The notes beneath the pieces were generated by a model, which had not been told where the DNA came from, made no database searches, and saw nothing but the letters and a program-made list of their open reading frames with translations. 64,000 nucleotides of DNA from an uncultured Dialister sp. (GTDB lineage: Bacteria; Bacillota; Negativicutes; Veillonellales; Dialisteraceae), in assembly GCA_934193095.1 (NCBI GenBank), contig CAKPUX010000002.1:17863-81862 (forward strand), given 5' to 3'. The position numbers were made by a program, and so were the translations under genes. Shown here in pieces: positions 19,601 to 29,167 of this stretch. Positions within the stretch are counted from its first letter, which is position 1. The number at the start of each line of letters is the position of its first letter.

Positions 19601-22600
19601 GATGACAAAGAGTACAAAGATGATCATGTATGGCAGGATCAGGTGTACACCTTTACCAAGGATAAAACGACTGTCCAGGTAGAGGGAGGCGCAGCTGTCG
19701 ATGCAGCGAAAGACGTGACCATCACAGCCGACGGGAATGAACTGGATCTGACCGGCGGCGAAGCTGGGATCCGTGCAGCGGCTGGAAAGACGGTAGACAT
19801 CACGGCAGGTATACTGAAAGTCAATGGCAAGACGGGGATCGATGCGGCTGGCACCGTGACACTCAAAGGCAAGAGTGAAATCACTGGGACTGAAAAGGCT
19901 GTCAACGTACAGAAGGGCGGAAGCGTAACGCTTGGCACATCGACCATCTCTGGAGATGTAGAAAACAGCGGCCATCTGACACTTGATGCAGCGACGACCG
20001 TGAGCGGCAGCATCGCCAATGCGGGCGTCCTTGCGGTAAACGGTGAGACCCATGCCAAAGATCTGACCACAACGGGAACGATGACTGTAGGAACTGATGG
20101 TGTGCTTGCGGCAGACAATATCAATGTCAATGGAGGTACCTTCACAGCCAATGGCAGTGTGAGCAGCACAGTCAAAGCTGACAAAGGCGGCAAGGCCATC
20201 CTGAAAGGAAAGAAGACCGCACTGAAAGGTCTGGTGAGTGGTGATCATTCCAGCATCGAAGCGACCCTTTCCGGAAAAGACTCCGCATTAAACGGCAGTC
20301 TTGATGGAGCAGGGAGTGTGACTCTGTCATTAGCAGATCAAGCAAACTGGACAGGGAATGCCGTTGGAAACGGAGATTACGCCGTTACCATCGGGAAAGA
20401 CAGCACCTGGACGGGAAGCAGTGCAGGAAACAATACCAGCCTCACCCTTGGAGGCACTTGGAACAACCGTGGAACAAGCAGCCTGAAGCAGATGGCAGGA
20501 AACGGCGGCGTCATCGATATGACAGATGCAAAGGCTGGCACTGTCACCATCCAGAACTATGGCGGCAGCAGCACCTATATCTACAAACACGACACAACAA
20601 AACCGGCAGACGCCAACAGTGGTTACGCTATCCTTGGCGGAGATGTGAAGATTTCCCAGGCAGACAAAGGCAGTGAGATCACCCTTCTTACCGATCGCGC
20701 TGGTTTGGATTTCACTTCGACCAAAGCAGACGAGAAGAATCTCATCAGCGGTACGTTGAATGCGCTCGCAGGAAAACTCTACTATACCGGCTACGCAGAT
20801 GGAAATCTTAGCGGAACGGTCAAGATCGCAGAAGGCCTGACAGCATCTTCTGCCAGCTTGAGATCTGAAACCATTACTTTCTCCACCGCTGATACAGGTA
20901 CCAAGAAGGCAGGACAGGGCTTCTACGATTATACTCCTGCGACGGATGATAAACCTTATGAAACCGGTCCTATTGTAAAATCTGAAAACATTGATGAAAC
21001 ACGTGTTGGCGATGTCAACGGCATTGTTTCTATTAATGTTACCGAAGCTCAGGATAGTGTAGCTGCTAGCGCGCCCAGCGCTATGTATGTAGCAGGCGAC
21101 GCAGTAAGCCCGCTTGTTGTTGACTTACAAGGGCACACCTTAAAGCTTAACACCAGCGGTGATGCAAAGATATATTTGTCTACAGTTTACGTTGATGCAG
21201 ACAAGAGCATGGAAATTAAGGATTCCAAAGGCAATGGCATCCTGAAGGTTTCCGCCGGTCTTGGTGCTGATGGCAATGCTGATACTAAAGCTAACTATGT
21301 TTATGGCATTCGTGTAGGTGAAAACGGCAGCTTTACCGCAAATACTGATGTTGAGATAGATGGAGTTAAATCTAATTCTAAACAGCGTGCTTATGGTGTA
21401 TATGTAAGTACCAAAGGCAATGTTGTATTCGAAAAGGATTTGACCATCAAGAATGTTCAGACCGGCAACAAGGTTGGACCGAATACAGCAGGTATTTATG
21501 CAGACAGTTCTTCAAGTGCAGATGCTCCTATCAATATAACTGTTAAAGGCAATCTTAATATTGAAAACGTATTGGGAAGTGCAATCCGTGCACTGAATTC
21601 TTCCACTATATCTACTGCTGGCGCAACAATTAAAGCTGCGGATATGTCTAACGGTACGGATTATAGCCAATATTATGCTTTGCAGGCCAACAAGGGTACC
21701 ATTAACCTGAATACCGGTGAAGGCATTACTGCCGGAATTCTGGATGTTACCGGTGATATGAAGGTAACAGATTACGCTGCTTCTGTTATCAATGTCAATA
21801 TGACGAAGGGTTCCAAATGGACAGGCGCAGTAAGCAATATTCCCGGCAGTACTTATAATGCACCTGCTGGTCAGTTTAATCTGACAATGGCAGAAGGATC
21901 CGTATGGAATCATGAAACCGGGCGTTCAGTAGATACGCTGAAGACAACGTTTGCCGGCAGCAATGTTTCTAAGCTGGACGGCTCCGGTGTAATCTATCAG
22001 AATTCCGACAAGGGTATTACCGTATATAATTACAGCGGTGACACAACGGTTGTTTATGGTCATGATGCAAATGATCCGCTGACCATCCATGGTGGTGATT
22101 TTACGATCAAGGCTGCCGCTGCCGATTCCAAGATCACTTTGGTCACCGATAGCCAGGGGATTACCGGTGGCTTTGAAGCTAGTGATACGGCAGCAGAAAA
22201 GAATCATGTCAAGGAAGTACTGAACAAGCTGGCTAATAAGCTGTTCTATACAGGCTACAAGGATGCAAATCTGTCTGGCGTTGTCAAGATTGCAGACGGT
22301 CTGACGGCATCTAGTGTAAGCGCTACTGTCAAAGCTTCCGGCGATGTGACCTTCTCTGACGGAACTAATGGGACGAAAAAGGCAGGGCAGGGATTCTATG
22401 CCTATACGCCGGAACAGGAAAAGCCCAATTATAAAACGGGTGCTATTACCAAGTCTGAAGATATCAGCCTGAGTCGTGAGCTGGATGAAAGCGGCGTAGC
22501 ACATGTTACTGTAACCGAATCGAATGTTACTAGTAATTTTGCCAGTGCTATTTACGCAGGCGAATCAACTGATCCGTCCAGCCCGATGACTGTAAAAATG

Positions 22601-25600
22601 TCCGGCAAGGGACTGGCTTTGAATGCTGCTCAATCGAGTGGACAGGCAGCAGCGATTTACGCAGGCGCTAATACCTATATCAAGGTTGTTAACCCGTCTG
22701 CTGACCAAAAGCTTTCAATTAGAGCAACCAATACGGATACCAGAGCCTCTCATGGCATTTACGCTCTAGGCAATGCGCACCTCAATATTTCCGGTCCGGT
22801 AGAAATTACTGAGGTTATCACTAAGGGTGATGCTGCAAATGGCATCAATATCCAGGGCCAGCAGAGCGAGATTACTATTGATGGTCCGCTGACAATCAGC
22901 AATGTCAAAGGTCTTAGAGAACGCGGCGCAGGCGTGAGTGCTTCCGGTATTCTGGTCACCGGTGACAGCTCCACTGTAACTGTCAGCGGTCCGGTCGACA
23001 TTTCCGGTGTACGCGGCAGCGGTATTAAGCTGGTGGGCGCTAATACCAAGGTATCTGTTGGCGGCGGCACTATTACTGCAGCCGAAGACAGCGATCATTC
23101 GCATAATTTCTATGCAGTCCGCGTAGATAAAGGCACGCTGGACATCAACATGAAGGACGGCGCTGCAGGCGATACGACCACCAAGATTACCGGGGATATG
23201 TATGCCACCGGCCAATATGGCAAGAAGGTCGTGGAATATACCGGCGGTGAGCTGATCGACTGGAATGACGCAGGCATTCTTAATGTGGCTTTGACCGATA
23301 AGGATTCCTTCTGGAAGGGCGTAGCAGCTTATGACCAGTATACTGATGACTATGGCACCGGCGGCAACACCACGCATGATATCGGGCAGTTCAACCTGTA
23401 TCTGCAAAACGGTGCCACCTGGACCAATGAGCAGCAGTCGCACGTGACAACAACGACCATAGCGTCCAAAAATCCTGTATGGGAAGGCAGCACGCTGGCT
23501 ACACTCAATGGCGGTAAGGATACGAATAGCGCAGGCTTGATTTACCAGAAGGATACCAATCCTATTTCTGTTGTCAATTACAGCGGTCATACCACGGTAT
23601 TCTATGATCATGATGCGAGTGACCCGACCAAGATCATCGGTGGCAACTTTAATATCACGAATGCAGCAGAAGGTTCTGCTATCACCTTTATTACCGATAA
23701 TAAGGGTATCACCTCCGGCTTTGCAGATGGCGATTCCAGTGTTGCCAAGGATAAAGTAGCAAACGTACTGAATAGCCTTGCAGGCAAGCTGTTCTACAAG
23801 AACTATACGGATGGTCATCTGACTGGCGTAGTGAAGATCGCTGATGGTCTGACCGCTTCTTCCGCGGCACTGAAGACTGGCGATATTTCCTTCTCTACGG
23901 ATCAGACGGGGACCGGTGTAGCTGGACAGGGCTATTATGCCTATACGACCAGCAAGCCTGGAAGCCAGACAGACAAAGAGTTCACAGCGGCCATCACTGG
24001 CGATGCATCGGTCGATACGGTATATGTGGATAAAGGCGTACTGAAGGACGATGGCACGTATGTATTCACGGCGGATAGCACGACTATCACACCTGAAAAG
24101 CATCTGGTTGCCGGTGGTGCGTGGGTTCCGCAGATTGGCGCAGCGATTTCCGGCTCCGATGAAAATCATAATGTGACCATGGATATGAATGGTAACAAGC
24201 TGACGGTAGATACAACAACCGATACCCATACAACCGGTATCGCGGCGATCGACAAGGGTGTGGTGAACATCAATCATGCCGGTGCCATGTCTATCAGTGC
24301 GGAAAGCACCAAGGGAGGTCAGACCGGTGCACTCTTTGTCAATGCCGGTGGTGCGATTCATATTCACAATGCAGGGGATAACAATGTACTGACTTTGCGT
24401 GCGAAGAGCACATCGCCGGCAAATGCTGCCGTGATCAAGAGCATGAACGGGGTAAACGGCGTGATGTCTTCTATCACCGTGGACGGTCTTGTCGATATTT
24501 TAGCTGAGAAGAGCGGGGGCTCCGGTGCGAATGAAGCCATCAGTGCAGTTGCCTCCAAGGTTGAGGTTGGCGGCGGCGTCATCAAGGCGATCAACGGAGC
24601 TGAATATGCGATTCGTGCTTATGGTGAATTCGCTTCCAAGAACCGCGGACAGGTGAATGTGAATGTCAAGAAGGATGCCAAAGGTGCTATCATCGGTGCA
24701 GGCAGCAATCATGTTCAGCTGGAAGGCAATATCTATCTCGGTGGCGGCATGGATAATGCCGGTGCCAGTGCAGATGTCAGTCTCGGTCTGAATACGAAGG
24801 ACTCTTTCTGGAAGGGTGATGTAAGCAATACCAATGGCAGCAGTGCAGGCATCGTCAATCTCTATATGGGAAGCGGTGCCACCTGGACTGGCAATAACCT
24901 TTCTGGCAATACGGTGAATGCAAGTCTGGATCATGCCACCTGGACCGGCTCTAGCAGCGGCAATGCGATGCACCTGAAGCTGGATAATTCTATCTGGAAT
25001 ATAAATGGCGCCAGCAAGCTGGCTTCCTTCTCCGGTGATAAAGGCAGCATCTCTGTGGCAAGTGATGCAGGCAACATCAGCGTAGGTGATTACAGCGGCA
25101 ATACCACTGTGATTTACAACCACGATGCTGATCATCCGACGAATATTCTCGGCGGCAGCTTTACTATCGGTCAGGCGAAGGACGGCTCCCATATCACGCT
25201 CATCACGGATAACCAGGGCATCACGAAAGGCTTTAACGCCTATGATAAGGCTGAAGACCAAAATACGGTCAATGAAGTTTTGAACAAGCTGGCACAGAAG
25301 CTCTTCTACACCGCGAATGATGGAAAACTGGCAGGCACTGTCAAGATCGCTTCTGGTTTAACTGCTTCTTCTGTGGCTTTGAAGACTGGCGATATTTCCT
25401 TCTCTACCGATGCAACCGGCACAAAGACACCTGGTCAGGGCTTCTATGAATATACCGAAGCAGACGATTCTGTCATTACCGATCCGATTACCGGTAACCT
25501 TGATAAGAAATATGTCAATCTGGGCATTGAAACAGAAAAAGGCATTTACAATTTCACAAAGGATGCGATTATTGATGTTACGAAGGGCGATTACAGCTTC

Positions 25601-28600
25601 AATTTGGGGGCTATCGAATCTAGGGGGGGTCCGATCACGATTCATGCGGATGGCTTGAATCTGGATGTATCCTACCATGTTCTGAAGGGCAGCAATGTGG
25701 CACGCGCAGTAGCTACTGGTAACAGTTATGGCATTAAGGATGTTACCATCAAGGCTAAGAGCCTGAAGCTCAGCACGGATACCACAGGCTTCTATGGTCA
25801 GGGTGTTTATGCAACCGGCGGCAAGATTAGCATTGATGCAGATACCACCATTTCTACCTCTGCTCAGACAGAAAGCAATGGTATTTACAGCGGCAACGGC
25901 GGCACTGTGACTATGAACGGCAACCTGACTATCCAAAAGGATAGCAAGGCAGCGAATTACTTTGCGCTGAAGTCTGATGATAATGGCGTGATCAACGTCA
26001 ATATGAAAGACGGCAAGGAAGGTACAGGCATCGTGAAGATCGATGGCGATGTCTTCACCAAGTCGGCAGAAAGCTACGATTATTGGGAGGACGAAACAAC
26101 TTCTACTTCTTCCACCGTTAATCTGGCATTGCAGGGCAAAGACAGCAGCTGGAACGGCCGCAGTCTCTACGAGGTTACTTCCTCTGGCGATGATTCAACT
26201 GATTATGGCGCTTTCAACCTGTGGTTGGCTGATGGTGCTTCCTGGACTAACGAGAAGAACGGCAAGGAGGTTCCGAGCGGCTTTACTGGTAGCCGTGTAA
26301 CTAAGTTTACTGGCGGCAGCGATGCGGCACACGCAGGCAACATCTTCCAAAACGATGCGAAGAATATCACCATCGACAACTACAGCGGCTATGCGAACAT
26401 TTACTATGCGCATGAAGGAAATGGCGAAGCGGCAGAAAACTACAAAGCGGGTGACACCATCATCAATAAGGCAGCTGCCGGCTCCCAGATTTCTCTCATC
26501 ACAGATAACACCGGTATCGCGATGGATAATGAGTACAGCGTCGCTAATGTCCTGAATGCACTGGCAGGCAAGCTCACCTACAGCGCGTATGTAAACGGCG
26601 AGAGGAATCTCACCGGCTATGTGAAGATCGCAGAAGGCTTGACGGCATCGAGCAAAGCCCAGCAGACCGGCGACATCGCCTTCAGCGATAAAGATGGCAA
26701 AGGCAGCCTGGCAGAAGGGACAGTCACACCTGGAGTCAAGTATCCGGAAACCCAGACGCCTGAAGCTACTGAAAAGAACCAGGGTATTACCGGCGATGCC
26801 AAGACTGACTATCAATACAAGAAGGACGGCATTCTGAAGAAAGACGGCTCTTATGTATTCACTCAGAATCCGACTAAGATCACGGTAGAGGAAGGAGCCG
26901 CTATCGATGCCAAGGCAGATATCACCATCGATACCAGCAAAGCGAAGCTGGAACTCACCGGCGAAGACGCCGGCATCAAGGCGGATGGTCATCAGGTATC
27001 CATCACCGGCAGCACCGTGATCACCGGCAAAGACGCGATCTCCGCTTCCAATGGCGGCAAAGTCACGCTGAATGGTATGACCGACATCAAAGCAGTTGGC
27101 GAGGATGGCACAGCGATTTCTGTAGCTGGCGAAGATAGCGAGGTCGCTATCACAGGCAATGCAGCCGCTTCGATCACGGGCGCTGTCTATGTCGCAGGCG
27201 GAAACCTTACTGTAAATACCGGGGCCACCACCACCATGACGGGAGATGTAGTCATCGATGGCGGCAAGGCTGACATCACCCTCGGAGACAAGGCTTCCAC
27301 CCTGACAGGCAATCTGTCTGTCAGCAACAATGGTCAGCTGACGCTCAATGTTAGCAATGGAGCCAAGGCGACAGGCAGCTATGCAGCAGGCAATGGCACC
27401 CTCACCATGAACGTCAAGGATGGCGGCTACTGGATCCTGAAAGATGCAGAAAACACCACCAGCCTGTATGCGATCAGCCTCGCTGATGCAGCAGAGGATG
27501 CGAACGCACCTGCAGCAGGAACCCTCAACGTCAATGGCGGCAGAGATAAAGCGCACACCGGCTACATCGACATGAGAGAGAGGACCCAGAACCTCGATAT
27601 CGCAAACTTCAGCGGACACGAAACCTTTATCATGGCGCATAAAGACGACGGCACTTTCACCAGCGGCAACGTGAACATTGCCAAAGCAGCTAACGGCTCC
27701 GGACTGACGCTTTACACAGCCAACAATGGCATCCAGATGACGGACAAAGCTGCCGTAACCAATATCTTGACAGCATTGGCACAGAAGGCCATCTATGCAG
27801 AGGGGAACGACGCAGGCAATGGCAAGAACCTGACTGGCGAAGTAAAGATCGGCGAAGGTCTCACCTCCTCCAGCGCCAAGACCGGAAAGATTGACTTCAG
27901 CAATTTGAGAGGACAGCTGGTCGTTGGCAGCATCCAGTGGGAACCGACCATTGAAACCGGTGACTACGAGACCTTCGTCATGAAGGGCGCAAGGAGCGCT
28001 GTCACCACCTCCTTCCACAGCTGGCGTGACAACATGCAGGACACCTACACCGGAGCAGACCTTGCTGATGAAGACGGCATCTTTGCCAAAGCTCTTGGCG
28101 GCAAGACCTCCTCGGATGTCAGCGGACTGAAAGACAGCAACAGCTACTGGGGCGCACAGGTGGGCTACGACAAAGCCCTTGCAAATGGCTGGAACACCGG
28201 CGTAGCCTTCGACTACCGTGATGGCGACAGCGATTACCTCCTGGGCGGCAAAGGCGACAACAAACTCTACAGCTTCGGCGTCTACGGCGTGAAGAAGATG
28301 GACAATGGCAGCTACTTCAGAGTGGCAGCCAAAGCCGGCCGTGTAGAAAACGAATACGACGTCTATACCGAACTCAGAAACAAACTGCATGCAGACTACA
28401 AAGCCAATGCCTATGGCCTCACCGCAGAATACGGCAAGACCTTCGGCAGCGAGATGAGCTACATCACCCCGAAAGTACAGCTCACCTGGTCCCGTGTAGG
28501 AAGCAAGGACTACACCGGCAGCGCAAACAATGGCGCAATCATGAACATCTATCAGGACAGCTACGACAGCCTTGTTGGCCGCCTCGGCTTCGAAGCGGGC

Positions 28601-28864
28601 ATGAAGAAAGCCAATGGCAGCCTTCATGCAGGGCTGTACCTGGCGCATGAATTCAATGGAGACATCGATACCCGCTACTTTGCCAAAGACGGCGGATGGA
28701 AATCCACCTCCTTTGACGGAGATGACACCTGGGCAGAACTGGTGCTCGGCGGAGAGTATCGCCTTGGCGGTAACACCCAGCTCTACGCAGACTTTGCCAG
28801 AGATCTGGGCGGTGACTTCCAGAGAAAGTGGAAGCTGAATGCCGGCATCCGCTTAAGATTCTGA
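16667..28864 (+). CDS. Giant classical autotransporter, 4065 aa, with a non-repetitive N-terminal ~440-aa domain
   Basis: RBS aaggagg lies 5 nt before the ATG, and the start is only 10 nt after the receptor stop. Signal peptide ..MAFLTALIGSLMAGSSVGA/AN. Seven conserved modules. C-terminal translocator (FVMKGARSAVTTSFHSWRDN, GIFAKALGGK, YWGAQVGYDK, terminal AGIRLRF). Confidence 0.9.
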   Translation: MMWKMSNKKRKMAFLTALIGSLMAGSSVGAANLMATIPSDYHNSQMGGVTGSRVTTTVDAAPVVGAVKNLNGDPATFSVFINGESQIFLRQYTYSTVALKGSVLMDADGDWASVNNPTGEITAVPNAHAAVGYWNTLYTTGYDNGQIGLAKVNGKQLVENKLKTVNLKTDIKEKTGDVDAASYDTYKDTNGKVQFTSVHGEGLLIKDGYLYVAASVNKKGGTDDYDNGYLLQYKIKNDGGLEYRDYARIGKNTNNVRLNSYNNLILATAVGGYQHYGKLNPESALNYVDVSDNHIGQIHETRSVHLPEQVKNDGYDFRDMKVLPDGTVYVMKYTLSATGGEFTGRVYQTTMANLMSKNPDDWQVVLDGKVDDGCFGRLNAEYYTKRLWVEWGNNLYVYEDGDTKPTHQWVTKDFSTDTQFYQFNSVTMLPTDQVWGNLAKLTTYRPEGLTASSETKITVENADAKVGTVTRKAGITGTSADQTAFSDVTSDDGTYSFTKDEVLSINLGKEGDHATNAAAVIQAKDGKDITIDASGHSLQLASKNYIASPVGIYAGNGKNVSITADKVDVVTSGYSSGNSLTNAIWNDGGKNTASQITVNGDVNISMSGGYGGNGVAIQKSFRWGENSQESTASSAITIHGNLKIAGEDSATWGIPVNRENVLSRFNNAGILTNIEKSKVTVTGDVDMAVYGNGITTNARDSEVSIGGGHITVPQGTKYGYYTLGAYAGTINVNMNEAGSAAGTHDVQLDGDVFALKSTGTINLGLTTKNSYLNGIIDNGGKVNMWLQNGAVWTNEAKNTRYKQDDEDVGSNEVSRVTFLHGGTKSGTSDTAGVIIQTENSKSLTIDKFSGAAKVLYSHDSNTPTKILGGDVTIGSAIRGSEIVLRTDYDDNMQSDAVKNQVLNALAKKLYYKDAVNEKTALSGKVEIAEGLTASSAAKYIGNIAFNQTNGQGSLGSGETPEPPAEQSKTLFTSSMTGGDDKEYKDDHVWQDQVYTFTKDKTTVQVEGGAAVDAAKDVTITADGNELDLTGGEAGIRAAAGKTVDITAGILKVNGKTGIDAAGTVTLKGKSEITGTEKAVNVQKGGSVTLGTSTISGDVENSGHLTLDAATTVSGSIANAGVLAVNGETHAKDLTTTGTMTVGTDGVLAADNINVNGGTFTANGSVSSTVKADKGGKAILKGKKTALKGLVSGDHSSIEATLSGKDSALNGSLDGAGSVTLSLADQANWTGNAVGNGDYAVTIGKDSTWTGSSAGNNTSLTLGGTWNNRGTSSLKQMAGNGGVIDMTDAKAGTVTIQNYGGSSTYIYKHDTTKPADANSGYAILGGDVKISQADKGSEITLLTDRAGLDFTSTKADEKNLISGTLNALAGKLYYTGYADGNLSGTVKIAEGLTASSASLRSETITFSTADTGTKKAGQGFYDYTPATDDKPYETGPIVKSENIDETRVGDVNGIVSINVTEAQDSVAASAPSAMYVAGDAVSPLVVDLQGHTLKLNTSGDAKIYLSTVYVDADKSMEIKDSKGNGILKVSAGLGADGNADTKANYVYGIRVGENGSFTANTDVEIDGVKSNSKQRAYGVYVSTKGNVVFEKDLTIKNVQTGNKVGPNTAGIYADSSSSADAPINITVKGNLNIENVLGSAIRALNSSTISTAGATIKAADMSNGTDYSQYYALQANKGTINLNTGEGITAGILDVTGDMKVTDYAASVINVNMTKGSKWTGAVSNIPGSTYNAPAGQFNLTMAEGSVWNHETGRSVDTLKTTFAGSNVSKLDGSGVIYQNSDKGITVYNYSGDTTVVYGHDANDPLTIHGGDFTIKAAAADSKITLVTDSQGITGGFEASDTAAEKNHVKEVLNKLANKLFYTGYKDANLSGVVKIADGLTASSVSATVKASGDVTFSDGTNGTKKAGQGFYAYTPEQEKPNYKTGAITKSEDISLSRELDESGVAHVTVTESNVTSNFASAIYAGESTDPSSPMTVKMSGKGLALNAAQSSGQAAAIYAGANTYIKVVNPSADQKLSIRATNTDTRASHGIYALGNAHLNISGPVEITEVITKGDAANGINIQGQQSEITIDGPLTISNVKGLRERGAGVSASGILVTGDSSTVTVSGPVDISGVRGSGIKLVGANTKVSVGGGTITAAEDSDHSHNFYAVRVDKGTLDINMKDGAAGDTTTKITGDMYATGQYGKKVVEYTGGELIDWNDAGILNVALTDKDSFWKGVAAYDQYTDDYGTGGNTTHDIGQFNLYLQNGATWTNEQQSHVTTTTIASKNPVWEGSTLATLNGGKDTNSAGLIYQKDTNPISVVNYSGHTTVFYDHDASDPTKIIGGNFNITNAAEGSAITFITDNKGITSGFADGDSSVAKDKVANVLNSLAGKLFYKNYTDGHLTGVVKIADGLTASSAALKTGDISFSTDQTGTGVAGQGYYAYTTSKPGSQTDKEFTAAITGDASVDTVYVDKGVLKDDGTYVFTADSTTITPEKHLVAGGAWVPQIGAAISGSDENHNVTMDMNGNKLTVDTTTDTHTTGIAAIDKGVVNINHAGAMSISAESTKGGQTGALFVNAGGAIHIHNAGDNNVLTLRAKSTSPANAAVIKSMNGVNGVMSSITVDGLVDILAEKSGGSGANEAISAVASKVEVGGGVIKAINGAEYAIRAYGEFASKNRGQVNVNVKKDAKGAIIGAGSNHVQLEGNIYLGGGMDNAGASADVSLGLNTKDSFWKGDVSNTNGSSAGIVNLYMGSGATWTGNNLSGNTVNASLDHATWTGSSSGNAMHLKLDNSIWNINGASKLASFSGDKGSISVASDAGNISVGDYSGNTTVIYNHDADHPTNILGGSFTIGQAKDGSHITLITDNQGITKGFNAYDKAEDQNTVNEVLNKLAQKLFYTANDGKLAGTVKIASGLTASSVALKTGDISFSTDATGTKTPGQGFYEYTEADDSVITDPITGNLDKKYVNLGIETEKGIYNFTKDAIIDVTKGDYSFNLGAIESRGGPITIHADGLNLDVSYHVLKGSNVARAVATGNSYGIKDVTIKAKSLKLSTDTTGFYGQGVYATGGKISIDADTTISTSAQTESNGIYSGNGGTVTMNGNLTIQKDSKAANYFALKSDDNGVINVNMKDGKEGTGIVKIDGDVFTKSAESYDYWEDETTSTSSTVNLALQGKDSSWNGRSLYEVTSSGDDSTDYGAFNLWLADGASWTNEKNGKEVPSGFTGSRVTKFTGGSDAAHAGNIFQNDAKNITIDNYSGYANIYYAHEGNGEAAENYKAGDTIINKAAAGSQISLITDNTGIAMDNEYSVANVLNALAGKLTYSAYVNGERNLTGYVKIAEGLTASSKAQQTGDIAFSDKDGKGSLAEGTVTPGVKYPETQTPEATEKNQGITGDAKTDYQYKKDGILKKDGSYVFTQNPTKITVEEGAAIDAKADITIDTSKAKLELTGEDAGIKADGHQVSITGSTVITGKDAISASNGGKVTLNGMTDIKAVGEDGTAISVAGEDSEVAITGNAAASITGAVYVAGGNLTVNTGATTTMTGDVVIDGGKADITLGDKASTLTGNLSVSNNGQLTLNVSNGAKATGSYAAGNGTLTMNVKDGGYWILKDAENTTSLYAISLADAAEDANAPAAGTLNVNGGRDKAHTGYIDMRERTQNLDIANFSGHETFIMAHKDDGTFTSGNVNIAKAANGSGLTLYTANNGIQMTDKAAVTNILTALAQKAIYAEGNDAGNGKNLTGEVKIGEGLTSSSAKTGKIDFSNLRGQLVVGSIQWEPTIETGDYETFVMKGARSAVTTSFHSWRDNMQDTYTGADLADEDGIFAKALGGKTSSDVSGLKDSNSYWGAQVGYDKALANGWNTGVAFDYRDGDSDYLLGGKGDNKLYSFGVYGVKKMDNGSYFRVAAKAGRVENEYDVYTELRNKLHADYKANAYGLTAEYGKTFGSEMSYITPKVQLTWSRVGSKDYTGSANNGAIMNIYQDSYDSLVGRLGFEAGMKKANGSLHAGLYLAHEFNGDIDTRYFAKDGGWKSTSFDGDDTWAELVLGGEYRLGGNTQLYADFARDLGGDFQRKWKLNAGIRLRF

Positions 28865-28872
28865 TGGGAACT

Positions 28873-29035
28873 AGGGAAACACTGATTAAATCGTTGTCAG
28901 ATTTTACTCTTGAATTTTTATGCATGGCGAGGAATAACCTGACGCGAATAGCGAGCTATTTAAGGAAGGCTATGACGAAGCCATGTATAAAAATTCTTGT
29001 AGAATCTGACTCTGCGATTTAATCAGCGTTTCCCT
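28873..29035. mobile_element. 163-bp MITE-like palindromic element, copy A
   Basis: Terminal inverted repeats AGGGAAACACTGATTAAATCG (28873-28893) and CGATTTAATCAGCGTTTCCCT (29015-29035), plus internal inverted repeats (gaatttttatgcatggc / gccatgtataaaaattc). A near-identical inverted copy lies at 45854-46016. Confidence 0.75.
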
Positions 29036-29053
29036 GGATTGACCGCGTGAGAA

Positions 29054-29112
29054 CGCAAACAAAAAAGGATGAAACTGAGCGTAAGGCTTGGTTTCATCCT
29101 TTTTTATTTGCG
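29054..29112. terminator. Bidirectional rho-independent terminator
   Basis: CGCAAACAAAAAAGGATGAAAC ... GTTTCATCCTTTTTTATTTGCG. Confidence 0.85.
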
Positions 29113-29167
29113 TGAAAGAGGTTCAGCTGGTTCTATAGGTCAATGGGTGTTGTGCGGTGTGAAAAGT

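Noticed and set aside
18134-28648. Minus-strand ORFs inside the 4065-aa gene (18134..18898, 19430..20248, 21926..22504, 22766..24367, 24500..25261, 25358..25936, 26195..28648).
   Set aside because: All are antisense to the autotransporter and have degenerate composition with no independent signals. The 817-aa one mirrors the repeat periodicity of the sense gene.
884-28864. Diversity-generating retroelement or template/variable repeat pairs in the repetitive autotransporters.
   Set aside because: No reverse transcriptase gene is present in the window. Repeat copies differ at all base types rather than showing adenine-specific differences.
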